Below the pieces are notes generated by a model. That model was given only the letters and a program-made list of their open reading frames with translations, ran no database searches and was not told the origin of the DNA. Below, piece by piece: positions 7,579 to 16,139 of a stretch of DNA of 40,247 nt (position 1 is its first letter; each line of letters opens with the position of its first letter). Position numbers and translations under genes: made by a program. The DNA is from a virus, in IMG/VR virus record IMGVR_UViG_3300045988_055798; one strand, written 5' to 3'.

Positions 7579-9315
7579 TCACTCCTTCCAGGACTTTTTA
7601 ACGATCACACTTCCGCTACCATCCGCCTCAAGCCAATACCGCTTGCCCTTATAGCTGACTTGACCTTGTTGTCCCGTTTTGGCTCCCGGATATTTGGTAT
7701 TGAACTCACCCCGCAGAATACCGAAGGTCTTGGCTGAGACGGTTTTCCCCCGCTTGTTCGCCCTCTTTGACGGCGCGTACTTTGTTTCCCCAATTTTACT
7801 ATTTCCGCCGCCGCTTGTCCATCTCCCTTTTTTATCCCTTGGCTGGCTGGGCGAATAATCCCATGTCAGCGCGTCCTGCGCGGCCCCCTCAAAAGGGGCG
7901 GATATCTCCCCTCCGTACCCCAGCCCTGCCAATGGATCCCGCAGGGCGGTCACATCCTGGTAGGTTTTCCCGGCGTTGGCCGCGATCTCCTCTTCGGAAA
8001 TACTGTCAAACATCCCGGTCTCGTCCGCCAGCTTCTTGAGCTCCCTCTGAGCCGTGTCCGCCCGGAACAGGCCCGCCTGAAAGGTATCCCGGATGGCCTG
8101 GGCCTTTTTCAGCGCGATCTCCGCCACCTCGGCCGCCGTGGGAGTCCACAGGGGCGGGAAAGTGATGTCCAGCCCGTCGGGTACCGCCCCCCAGGCTGAC
8201 ATGGCCAGGACCGGCAGCAGCTTTTCCAGAATGGGCCGAAGCTTGGCCTCCCGCAGCGTGTCCACGTAGTCATAGTAGTTCCGAAGGTCGCTCTCCCCGG
8301 TGGCGTTCATCCCCGCCGGGGAGCGTCCGAACAGCTTGGTCACCGGAATCCGGGACGCGCCGGACAGGTCGAGGCACATGGAGTCGTAGACCTCCTGGAG
8401 CCCGGTAAAGGTGTACTGGGTATTCTTAATCTGGTCGCCCCGGTTGACCAACTGCATGCCGAAATTGGACTTCATCACGCTTTGGGCCTGCATCACGTTC
8501 CAGAACCGCCTCTGCTGCTCCCCGGACGTAACGGAAAAGAGCTGGTCCAGGTTCTGCACCTCCATGGTGTCCACGTTGGCCCGGAAGGTGAGCGCGGCCA
8601 TGTTGGCGGCCACGTTGTCATGCTTAACCACATCATTGTATAGGGCCTCCACCTCGGACTCTCCCCAGTACAGCTCCGCCACCCGCTCCAGGAAGGGCAG
8701 GTCGCGGCCGGTGAACCGCACCAGCCTTGAGTGGTGCACCTTCGCCACCGTGTTCCCCCTGGCGTTGGTGATGGAGTAATAGGCGGGCACCGGCTCTCCG
8801 CCCTCGAATACCAGCTCCATACCGGGTACCACGCCCTGCCAGCGGTCGAGTATGTAAAGCCCTTGGAAGGTACCGGGGTAAATGCTCTCCAGCTCCAGCG
8901 GCTGGCCCAGCATCCCCTCCTGTCCGCGGATCATGATAAGTCCGGCGGCGCCGCCGTACAGCCTGCCCCACCGCAGTCCCTCGTTGACCCGCTCCCGGAG
9001 CGCCGTCACGCGCTGAACGCGATCCAGTTCCTTCAGGTGCTCCGGCCCCACCGCTCCGGCGAGAGCAAACCACTTCTTTGTCATGTCGTCCGGGATGATG
9101 CCCACCACGTTCTGTACTACCCAGTTGTCCCGGTAGAGGGAGTTGAGCAGGGCGTAGTTGTCCGTCATCCGGGTCAGCGGATACTCTGTGGCCTCCAGCG
9201 GCGACTGGGAGCCATAGCCCAGCCGGAACAGCGGGTTGGAAAATGCGTCTTGTACGCTCACCGCCTCGGTATTTGGTTGTGCGCCCCTGGGGCGGCTTTT
9301 ATTGCGTCTGGACAC
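7579..9315 (-). CDS. Portal protein (DUF1073-type) with Lys/Gly-rich C-terminal extension
   Basis: 578 aa, immediately downstream of TerL. Its size and position fit a portal. The tail contains SQPRDKKGRWTSGGG and is basic. Confidence 0.8.
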   Translation of the reverse strand: MSRRNKSRPRGAQPNTEAVSVQDAFSNPLFRLGYGSQSPLEATEYPLTRMTDNYALLNSLYRDNWVVQNVVGIIPDDMTKKWFALAGAVGPEHLKELDRVQRVTALRERVNEGLRWGRLYGGAAGLIMIRGQEGMLGQPLELESIYPGTFQGLYILDRWQGVVPGMELVFEGGEPVPAYYSITNARGNTVAKVHHSRLVRFTGRDLPFLERVAELYWGESEVEALYNDVVKHDNVAANMAALTFRANVDTMEVQNLDQLFSVTSGEQQRRFWNVMQAQSVMKSNFGMQLVNRGDQIKNTQYTFTGLQEVYDSMCLDLSGASRIPVTKLFGRSPAGMNATGESDLRNYYDYVDTLREAKLRPILEKLLPVLAMSAWGAVPDGLDITFPPLWTPTAAEVAEIALKKAQAIRDTFQAGLFRADTAQRELKKLADETGMFDSISEEEIAANAGKTYQDVTALRDPLAGLGYGGEISAPFEGAAQDALTWDYSPSQPRDKKGRWTSGGGNSKIGETKYAPSKRANKRGKTVSAKTFGILRGEFNTKYPGAKTGQQGQVSYKGKRYWLEADGSGSVIVKKSWKE

Positions 9316-10536
9316 TTACTCGAACCTCCAGTCCGGCAGTGAATTGATGTAATAGCGCAGGGCGTCCGGCCCGTGGTCCCGCTCCTTCAGGGGCTTCTCA
9401 TCCCCCCGCTGGCCCGCCTTCTCGTCCCACAAATAGGTGCCCAGTTCGTCCAGCAGGCCGGCACAGGCTTCACTGACCAGAATTTTTCTGCGGTGAAACA
9501 GGCTTCCGGTCTTGCGTATACCGTCCAGCACCTCATTTTCCGCAGGGATGACATACACCCCCCGCCGCCTCAGTTCCTCGATAAACGAGGCCGCCGAGGG
9601 ATCTACGATCACCGCGCACCATTCCCTGCCCAGAAAGTCCAGAAGGTCGTCGGCATACTCCTGGTCGGTCTTCTGCCGGCGCTCCTTCCGGCTGTCCCAG
9701 CGGTACTCCCTGTCCACCCGGATCACTCCATCGTGGTCATAGATGTCCAGAAACACCGTAGGGTTGGCGGTACCGTAGTCACAGGCCACGGTTCTCTGGG
9801 AAACCCATTCCAGATCCACCGGGCGTTCCTGCGTCCGGTAGACATTCTCTGTCTGGTCAAACATGTCGTAGATAAGCCCCTCCGACATGACCCACAGGCC
9901 CAGAATGTACCGCTGGTAGAACACCCCGGCATACATGCTCCGGTATCTGGCCCGGGTGGCCTCGTCCAGCGCCGGGTTGTCCTCCATGGTGAAGTGCAGA
10001 TGGAGGGCCTTGTGCTCCTCCGCCTTTAGAATCCACTCCTGCCGGAACCAGTGCTGCGGCCCCTCCGGGTTGCAATTGAACCATAGCTTTGCCCCTGTCA
10101 CGGAGCACCGAGCCATGGCCTGTTCCACAAAAGAGCGGGGCATCAGGGCCACCTCGTCCAGCAAAACCCCCGCCAGGGTGATACCCTGAATCAGCGTGTA
10201 GGAGCTCTCGTCCTTGCCGCCGAACAGGTAGAAGCGGTTCTCCCGCACCCCACGCCGGGCCGTAATTACATGGCCGGAGCGGCTGTAGGAAATGGTGAAG
10301 TTCTGCCGCAAATACTGCACCGCCAGAAGCGGCGTCACAATGTTGCGCTCCACCGCCCCTACCGACTTCCCACAGAGTGCAAACGCGTAGCCGTTGAAAC
10401 GTCCCATTGCCCACAGGAAGAAGGACAACGACATGACTGAGGTTTTTCCCGACCGCACCGCCCCGTCACAGATAAGCGCATCATAGTCCCGGTATGGGAA
10501 ACGCAGAATCTCCCTCTGCTTTTCAGAGAAGCCCAT
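9316..10536 (-). CDS. terL: Terminase large subunit, PBSX/XtmB type
   Basis: 406 aa. Walker A CDGAVRSGKTS and a nuclease half. Overlaps the TerS end by 14 nt. Confidence 0.9.
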   Translation of the reverse strand: MGFSEKQREILRFPYRDYDALICDGAVRSGKTSVMSLSFFLWAMGRFNGYAFALCGKSVGAVERNIVTPLLAVQYLRQNFTISYSRSGHVITARRGVRENRFYLFGGKDESSYTLIQGITLAGVLLDEVALMPRSFVEQAMARCSVTGAKLWFNCNPEGPQHWFRQEWILKAEEHKALHLHFTMEDNPALDEATRARYRSMYAGVFYQRYILGLWVMSEGLIYDMFDQTENVYRTQERPVDLEWVSQRTVACDYGTANPTVFLDIYDHDGVIRVDREYRWDSRKERRQKTDQEYADDLLDFLGREWCAVIVDPSAASFIEELRRRGVYVIPAENEVLDGIRKTGSLFHRRKILVSEACAGLLDELGTYLWDEKAGQRGDEKPLKERDHGPDALRYYINSLPDWRFE

Positions 10537-10918
10537 TTCCCATCTCCTCCTTCAGCGACGCGGTGATCGGATCGTCGTCCATGTCCTGCATACCGCCGGC
10601 GCCCGCCGCCCCCTGCTCTCCCAACAAGTCAAACAGCACCTTTGCCGCCTTCGCGTCGCCCTTGGCCGCCTTTAGGGTCAGGCCCGCAATCACCGCCATC
10701 TGGTTATCCACATCCTCCGGTTCTACGCCGTCACGGGCCAGCTTGTTCCATGCCCGCTTGTCCGCCACCGGGAGAGAGAGGTACAGGTCTGCCGCTTCTC
10801 TCAGGCTACGCTTTCGCCGCCGTGACGCGCCGGATGCACGACCGCCTTCACGCCCGAGTTCTCTAGCTTCGCTCTGGCTTCGCTGATCCATCGGTATAAG
10901 ATTCTGTTCATTCGGCAT
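10523..10918 (-). CDS. Terminase small subunit (putative)
   Basis: 131 aa with a basic N-terminus, directly upstream of terL. GAGAGGTGGTG RBS. Confidence 0.55.
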   Translation of the reverse strand: MPNEQNLIPMDQRSQSEARELGREGGRASGASRRRKRSLREAADLYLSLPVADKRAWNKLARDGVEPEDVDNQMAVIAGLTLKAAKGDAKAAKVLFDLLGEQGAAGAGGMQDMDDDPITASLKEEMGNGLL

Positions 10919-11409
10919 GTCACCACCTCTCGGTCAATTCTTGGTGCCACCGCCCGCCTCATGCGGCGAGGAGCGGCGTATGTGCGCCGTCCCGCTTAGA
11001 TTGTCACACCAGTACTAATGCCGGTAGTTTTCAGCGGGATAGCGCTCGGTGGGAGTCATGGCACCGCCACCGCTTCCGCCTCCATGACAGGCGGGCGTCA
11101 TGTCCCTTCTCCGGGGCCGTCAGACGCTCTAGGCTACCCGGTATAGTGTCTTTCCACCGTCATTCGCCGCCAGAGGGGTGCGGCCCCTCATGCCCCGAAA
11201 TGTGGAGTGGTGTTCGACCGGCGGCATATTGCACACAGTAGGGGCAGCGGCTACACCGCCGCCACCCCATCCGTGTGAAGGAGGAAGGGGAATGAAAGAG
11301 AATGGGAGCGCAGGGGCACACGCTCCCACACTCCCATTTTCGCATACATATTTCTGTTCGCTCATAAAACCTTATGAATCCGCAATATTTTCTATGAGAT
11401 TATAAAAGG
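10919..11409 (-). promoter_or_regulatory. 490-nt non-coding leader upstream of terS (candidate late control and/or pac region)
   Basis: No credible ORF. TATAAT box (revcomp of 11399-11404). GC-rich hairpins. Three CACCGCC-type motifs (11254-11266, 11063-11074, 10946-10958). Mutually exclusive GTCATG/CATGAC pairings at 11054-11102. Confidence 0.4.
11301..11338 (-). terminator. Candidate terminator/attenuator hairpin after the early operon
   Basis: Minus strand: GGGAGCG-UGUGCCCCUG-CGCUCCC followed by AUUCUCUUUCAUU. An upstream AAUGGGAG can pair alternatively with the same 3' arm. Confidence 0.3.
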
Positions 11410-11622
11410 TTACTCGTCTTCCGTCTTGCACAGTTCGTCTAGGGTGATGTGATAATATGCCGCCATCAACTTGAGCGCCGTCATTTTTGGTTCAACTTCC
11501 CCGCGCTCATATTTCCTGAGAGCATCCGGGCTCAATCCCATCAATTGTGATGTGACTGTCATGCTCCGCACTGGCCGCACGGACTCCCGTAGTCTCCTCA
11601 GCCTCTCCGGAAACTCGTTCAA
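11410..11622 (-). CDS. XRE-family HTH regulator (70 aa)
   Basis: RLRRLRESVRPVRSMTVTSQLMGLSPDALRKYERGE is a typical HTH_3 pattern. Confidence 0.8.
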   Translation of the reverse strand: MNEFPERLRRLRESVRPVRSMTVTSQLMGLSPDALRKYERGEVEPKMTALKLMAAYYHITLDELCKTEDE

Positions 11623-11628
11623 GGGCTA

Positions 11629-12120
11629 TCACTCCTCATGCTGTCCGCCCTCCCCGTCGTGGATGTTGCCTCCGTGTATGAGATTGGGCCAATTCTCCGG
11701 CTTCGCCTTGTCCTCCAGCGTCCAGTCGTTACACAACCCGTTCTCGTCTGCCAATACATAGCGCCCTTCGTCTTCCCAATAGGTCACAACGCCGAGGATA
11801 CAGACACATTCGTTTCCGTCCTCGTCCTCGCCCCATTCGCCCAGCATATCGCCGGTAAAAATCTTGTGTACTTCGGATGACGGCCACGCTTCTCGCCGTA
11901 TGTCGATGTTGGTGTACTGGCAGACCGTGGAGGGGGCAACCTCAAAGAAACCGCCGAGCATGATTCCTTTTGTGGGCGGGTCTGCCCTGGCCGATACCAG
12001 CCGCGGTAGAATGTACGCTCCGGGCATAAAGTCGGCATCTTCCGGGACATCCACAATGTTTCCCTCCACCCACTCGCCGTTATCCAGCCGTTGGGCCTTG
12101 AAAAGTATTTCTCTGGTCAT
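11629..12120 (-). CDS. YopX-family protein
   Basis: Start at ATG 12120 (MTREILFKAQRLDNGEWVEG...), a typical YopX N-terminus. Confidence 0.7.
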   Translation of the reverse strand: MTREILFKAQRLDNGEWVEGNIVDVPEDADFMPGAYILPRLVSARADPPTKGIMLGGFFEVAPSTVCQYTNIDIRREAWPSSEVHKIFTGDMLGEWGEDEDGNECVCILGVVTYWEDEGRYVLADENGLCNDWTLEDKAKPENWPNLIHGGNIHDGEGGQHEE

Positions 12121-12284
12121 TTGGCACCTCCGATTGTTGGTATATAATCCATACTGAACGGAACTTCCTCCATCATTGCTCCGCAAGGGCAGGTATACAG
12201 TTCGACCCGTTCATCTTCGGAAATATCGTCAGGAAAGTCTACGCTGAAAAAGAACCCGCAATCAGGGCATTTCAAGGAAATCAT
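12117..12284 (-). CDS. 55-aa zinc-ribbon protein (below the ORF-track cutoff)
   Basis: MISLKCPDCGFFF...YTCPCGAMM. ATGA overlaps at both ends give translational coupling. Confidence 0.45.
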   Translation of the reverse strand: MISLKCPDCGFFFSVDFPDDISEDERVELYTCPCGAMMEEVPFSMDYIPTIGGAK

Positions 12285-12700
12285 TGGGCACCTCCGATGA
12301 TCTCGTCCAATGTGGCCCGCCTTATGCTCCTCAGCGTAGGAAACGTTTCATCAAGGTTATCAAGACTGCCCTTATAGTTGTCTTCGTCATCATACATGTA
12401 AAATGTCTGTCCCACTATATCAACGTATGCCAATGTTTTAACAACTGGATATAGCACTTTGATAGCCTTCGCCCTCTCCACCTCCTGCTCCGTCCAGCGG
12501 GGCTTGCGGGCGATGTTTTCTGGATGATTTATGAGATTGTTAAGACATTCCACAGTGGAGAATCCCCAGCAGTCATTTGATATTTCAATCTGGAATGTCC
12601 CATATTTATTGATACGAAATCGCCCTAACGTGTTTCCTCTAATTTCAAACTTTTCTTCTGGTTCAACCCCAAGCACCTCGCAAATTCTCGGCTTGTCCAT
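12281..12700 (-). CDS. Hypothetical protein (139 aa)
   Basis: AAGGAGGGGGG RBS. No family recognised. Confidence 0.6.
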   Translation of the reverse strand: MDKPRICEVLGVEPEEKFEIRGNTLGRFRINKYGTFQIEISNDCWGFSTVECLNNLINHPENIARKPRWTEQEVERAKAIKVLYPVVKTLAYVDIVGQTFYMYDDEDNYKGSLDNLDETFPTLRSIRRATLDEIIGGAQ

Positions 12701-13037
12701 GTTGGCCCCCCTCCTTGATTTTCAGGTACTTTTCGATGGCTTCGTTTAGGTCGGCCTCCTCGTCCATGCGAGCGCCGCAGTTGGGGCAGTACGTTAGCCT
12801 GTAAGGCTGGCTATACGCAATGTGGTTACAAGCAGAACACAAAAAATGATATGTTCCATAACTTTTCCCGCAAGAACAGTATGCATTATACTTTACGGGT
12901 TTCCACTTCCCATGCCGCACCGGGGCAACGTCGGCGGCGGGGAGCCCCTCAAAGTCCGAAACAACAGAGGCACATGATTCGTCTGCGAAAAGCCATAGCA
13001 GATTGATAGCATCCGCCTTCTCGATGTACTCCTTCAT
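12663..13037 (-). CDS. Cys-rich hypothetical protein (124 aa)
   Basis: Start at ATG 13037 (MKEYIEKADA...). CSC...CSAC...CPNC cysteine clusters. Confidence 0.55.
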   Translation of the reverse strand: MKEYIEKADAINLLWLFADESCASVVSDFEGLPAADVAPVRHGKWKPVKYNAYCSCGKSYGTYHFLCSACNHIAYSQPYRLTYCPNCGARMDEEADLNEAIEKYLKIKEGGQHGQAENLRGAWG

Positions 13038-13174
13038 TCCTCCGCCTCCCACTGTTTCTTCATGTCTTCGTATAACTCTTCCATCTTTCGATTCCACCCC
13101 TTGAGCTTCCACAGGACAAGCAGGCCAAGCGCTATCCACTCAACAGCAGCTATGATCGTCAGAATATCAGCCAT
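13034..13174 (-). CDS. 46-aa single-pass membrane peptide (below the ORF-track cutoff)
   Basis: MADILTIIAAVEWIALGLLVLWKLKGW... with ATGA overlap to the next gene. Confidence 0.4.
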   Translation of the reverse strand: MADILTIIAAVEWIALGLLVLWKLKGWNRKMEELYEDMKKQWEAEE

Positions 13175-13562
13175 CCTGCTCCCTCCGTAGTGCGGCCTCA
13201 TATTCTTCTTTTGTGATGACCCCGGTCACTTTCATGGTATACAATCCATCTTCATCTTTTGGGTTATAGATGGACACCACGCCATATCCGGGCTGGAACA
13301 CCACGCACCGCCCCTCCTTGTCCGCCTGGACCAGTTCGCGGAGGCGTTCAGGTGTTATACCAAGGGCTTGTCCGGCCAGCTTTAAAACATCATCCTCATT
13401 AAATGCCCGCTTTAGGTCCTCCGGCTCCAGACCAGTGTCCTCGTAGGCGGCGAGGCGGAGAAACCTTTCTTCGGGGATATTTCTGGGGTAACCTTGTTTT
13501 AGCCGGATCTCATATTCTCTGCGCTGTGCATCGGCTTCTTTTTTGTCTGTCAACCGTTCCAT
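13167..13562 (-). CDS. Hypothetical protein (131 aa)
   Basis: Track ORF in operon context. No family recognised. Confidence 0.6.
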   Translation of the reverse strand: MERLTDKKEADAQRREYEIRLKQGYPRNIPEERFLRLAAYEDTGLEPEDLKRAFNEDDVLKLAGQALGITPERLRELVQADKEGRCVVFQPGYGVVSIYNPKDEDGLYTMKVTGVITKEEYEAALRREQDG

Positions 13563-13573
13563 GTCAGTCTTCC

Positions 13574-13909
13574 TTATGTCTCATACACAACATCCAATCT
13601 ACACAAGGCCGCATCCCTCTCCCGCTTCACCTGCTCCAGCTCGGCCTCTTGCTCTTCTAATAGCAAGTGCCTCCTATCAAGTTCTTTCGCCTGTTGAAAT
13701 ACTAAATCCACCTTGCTTTTTAGCTCAGCCCGCAGCGTCTCGTTTTCGGCCTGGAGCGTGGAGAGGGTGCTCCGTACTTTCTCCACCACGGTTCTCATGT
13801 TCTGCATTGTGTGGTCGTCCCAGCTGGTTATCCAGCGCAGGAACCGCTTCTCTCTCTCCGTCAACTCTACACCCCGTAAAATGTCCTCAAATTCCGCTGG
13901 GATTTTCAT
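13574..13909 (-). CDS. Coiled-coil hypothetical protein (111 aa)
   Basis: ATG 13909 preceded by GGAAAGGGGAAAAAATA. Heptad-like LQAENETLRAELK... The N-terminal 39 aa of the track ORF are rejected. Confidence 0.5.
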   Translation of the reverse strand: MKIPAEFEDILRGVELTEREKRFLRWITSWDDHTMQNMRTVVEKVRSTLSTLQAENETLRAELKSKVDLVFQQAKELDRRHLLLEEQEAELEQVKRERDAALCRLDVVYET

Positions 13910-14132
13910 TATTTTTTCCCCTTTCCGGCGGCCCATCAAAGGCCGTCCAGTATTTGTCGTACAGATCCATCGCAAACGGCTTGATGTGCTTGCAGTACAG
14001 ATATCCATCCCTGCACCCTTCTGCAATCTCCAGGCCGCCCCATTGGAGCTGGGCTATCCCTGCGCCCTCAATGTAGATTGCCGTCTCCTGGGTAATGGAT
14101 TCCAGTTCTGCGCGTGTGTATTGGTGTCTCAC
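13887..14132 (-). CDS. Hypothetical protein (81 aa)
   Basis: Its start overlaps the upstream stop by 4 nt. Confidence 0.45.
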   Translation of the reverse strand: MRHQYTRAELESITQETAIYIEGAGIAQLQWGGLEIAEGCRDGYLYCKHIKPFAMDLYDKYWTAFDGPPERGKNNENPSGI

Positions 14133-14587
14133 GGCGATACCTGCTTCCCATCGTCAATCTCAAACTTGATTTTCATCTGGGCGGGGCATAGATCAACTTC
14201 TGGCCGGCGTTTCCCCGTCCACCGCAACCCGCCAGCCTGTCCTACGCATTTCCACCCAGCCGCCCGCAGGCTGGACCCGTTTTCGCTGTCCAGTATGTAT
14301 GTAATCAGTTTGTGGTAGCCCATTGCTCTGGCAGCTCTCCAGGCTGCGGCATAGAGCATACTGCAAGCGTTGTGCGTCCCATCGGTACAGAGGCGGTTAA
14401 CCTCCAGAGTCCAGCCGTCATCAAGATAACGGCTCACCGGCCTACCTACAATAGCAATGCCGACGATTTTCTCTCCGTCGGTGCAACCAATGGAAAATTT
14501 GTGGCCCGTGACCGGCTTGTGGTGCCGATGGTGCTGCTCCACAAAGGCATTGGCCTCTTTCAGTGTAATGGGACAAACCTCAAGCAT
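14129..14587 (-). CDS. XF1762-family GNAT-like acyltransferase-fold protein
   Basis: ANAFVEQHHRHHKP...IVGRPVSRYLDDGWTLEVNRLCTDG..NACSMLYAAAWRAARAMGY..LITY matches that family as recalled. Confidence 0.65.
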   Translation of the reverse strand: MLEVCPITLKEANAFVEQHHRHHKPVTGHKFSIGCTDGEKIVGIAIVGRPVSRYLDDGWTLEVNRLCTDGTHNACSMLYAAAWRAARAMGYHKLITYILDSENGSSLRAAGWKCVGQAGGLRWTGKRRPEVDLCPAQMKIKFEIDDGKQVSP

Positions 14588-15095
14588 TGGCTTCTCCCTC
14601 CGGCGGGCGGCGGTAGGCTAGCCAGGTAATCCCGTAAGCTCCAGCGCGAAACGCCCTACCATTGGCGAACGCGATGCCCTCCACCACGCTCTTGAATCCA
14701 GGCATTGGACAATCGTAAGCAATGGCAATAGGTTCTTTTCCTGTGATCACATTCCATTCTGCTATACCCATATCCTTTGCGATAATATATACCGGCTCCC
14801 CGTCCATCTCCCGCAGCTCCTCCAGCGTCAGCGGCTCGTTCGACTCGTTGCTCTGCCACTCTTTGCACCTTGGACAATCTAATGGAGCATATCCCCGAAG
14901 GGTACAGCTCCCCGATTTGCTGTAATGCAAACACGATTTTGCAATCATACGCTTTTTATCCAGCGTCAGCGGCTCGTTCGGCGGGGTGAGGGTGGGCATA
15001 TTAGAGATCGCCTGCAAAAGCGCACCCCGTTCAACAGCGGTTAAATCTGTTTTCTTGATATACTCCTTTAGCGCATCCGAATCAATCGCCCCCAT
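14580..15095 (-). CDS. Hypothetical protein (171 aa) with an internal repeat
   Basis: NEPLTL occurs twice, encoded by an exact 22-nt direct repeat. Confidence 0.6.
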   Translation of the reverse strand: MGAIDSDALKEYIKKTDLTAVERGALLQAISNMPTLTPPNEPLTLDKKRMIAKSCLHYSKSGSCTLRGYAPLDCPRCKEWQSNESNEPLTLEELREMDGEPVYIIAKDMGIAEWNVITGKEPIAIAYDCPMPGFKSVVEGIAFANGRAFRAGAYGITWLAYRRPPEGEANA

Positions 15096-15109
15096 CTTTC
15101 AGCGCCTCC

Positions 15110-15313
15110 TTAACCATGCGTGGGCTTCCCTTTGTGGGGATTTCTTGCGTTGGCAATAAAAGCATCCATAATAAGCGTGAGACGATTATGTTTGACTTCG
15201 CCATTTCCATCGATATAAAAGTTTTTCATGCTCCACCGCTGGAGTTCTCGACCAAATGGATAGTCTACAACTACGTCTTGCCCAATTAGGGCTATAAATT
15301 CATTTTTTGTCAT
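15110..15313 (-). CDS. Hypothetical protein (67 aa)
   Basis: GGAGG lies 10 nt upstream of the ATG. Confidence 0.5.
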   Translation of the reverse strand: MTKNEFIALIGQDVVVDYPFGRELQRWSMKNFYIDGNGEVKHNRLTLIMDAFIANARNPHKGKPTHG

Positions 15314-15316
15314 TGT

Positions 15317-15385
15317 TCAGCGCCTCCAGTTACAAACGATATATTTTCCTTCAAATCCTTTCACCGGTTTCCAATGCTCTTTCAT
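15317..15385 (-). pseudogene. 22-codon NUMOD4-like fragment (possible relic of an HNH homing endonuclease)
   Basis: MKEHWKPVKGFEGKYIVCNWRR-stop resembles the E.WK.I.GFEG.Y.VSN N-terminus of NUMOD4 endonucleases. Has a GGAGGGG RBS. Confidence 0.3.
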
Positions 15386-15476
15386 TCCATCCCCTCCAGC
15401 ATCTCCATCTCCTCCGCTCAACCTTCCTTGATACGAACAGGAAGAACCATTATCACCAAGCAGGGCTAATTTGATA

Positions 15477-16100
15477 TCATCCACCACAGATACCTCCCCA
15501 CTGTTGGGCCATAGCCTTGGCAATTCCTCCGAATGTTTTGGAGCGGGTTTTAGGATCACGCTCTTTGCGCCCCTGGAATCGCCTGTAATTCCCGTGAGCG
15601 TCCTTACATCCACCATTGACATAAGGCTTATGCTCCAAAATAATCTCGGTTGGCATAAGCGGCGGTAGTCCCTTCAACCACAGACAAGTTCTTTTGCTGT
15701 ATGGATGCCCGAATTGGTACGGCTGGATTGCCTGCTGATACGGTGGAAGGCCAACTATTTTCATCGGCGTAGGATTTTCAATCGCTATTCGGGGGCACTC
15801 CGCCTCATAGAATTTCATAAAAAACGCTTTTGCTTCCATAGCTTTTTCAAACCGTTCCGGTACGATTTCGCCGTTTACTCTCATTCGGACAGCCCCAGCT
15901 TTTGTCATGTAAGTACACGGCGGGTGGGCGATAATCAAATCCCACTGCATTTTCAGCAACTCCAGCGCGTCTGCTTGGATGTGCCATTGAGGGAAACCAC
16001 CGCTGCACGGCTCAATGTCGCAGCTGTACGCATCATGCCCCAACGCCCGGAACGCTTTGCAGACTTCCTGCGACTCCTCACAGGCCACCAACACCCTCAT
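15477..16100 (-). CDS. Short-form DNA (cytosine-5) methyltransferase-like protein
   Basis: 207 aa. VLVACEESQ, AHPPCTY (motif IV PPC), IENP (motif VI), QPYQFGH..K.TCLWLKGLP, TFGGIAKAMAQQW. Confidence 0.75.
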   Translation of the reverse strand: MRVLVACEESQEVCKAFRALGHDAYSCDIEPCSGGFPQWHIQADALELLKMQWDLIIAHPPCTYMTKAGAVRMRVNGEIVPERFEKAMEAKAFFMKFYEAECPRIAIENPTPMKIVGLPPYQQAIQPYQFGHPYSKRTCLWLKGLPPLMPTEIILEHKPYVNGGCKDAHGNYRRFQGRKERDPKTRSKTFGGIAKAMAQQWGGICGG

Positions 16101-16139
16101 AGCTTAGCCGCCTCGTGATCACCCAGCAGGGCGCGCGTC

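Noticed and set aside
11129-11405. ORFs of 61-78 aa inside the terS leader (11129..11365-, 11160..11345-, 11178..11405+)
   Set aside because: Their composition is low-complexity Gly/Pro/Ala. RBSs are weak or absent, the ORFs overlap one another, and the region is better explained by RNA/DNA structure. A 24-codon ORF (MTPACHGGGSGGG...) with a purine-rich upstream stretch was also left uncalled.
15317-15622. 101-aa track ORF overlapping the methyltransferase 3' end
   Set aside because: Most of it is out of frame over the MTase gene. Only the last 22 codons, which have their own RBS, were kept, as a possible NUMOD4 relic.
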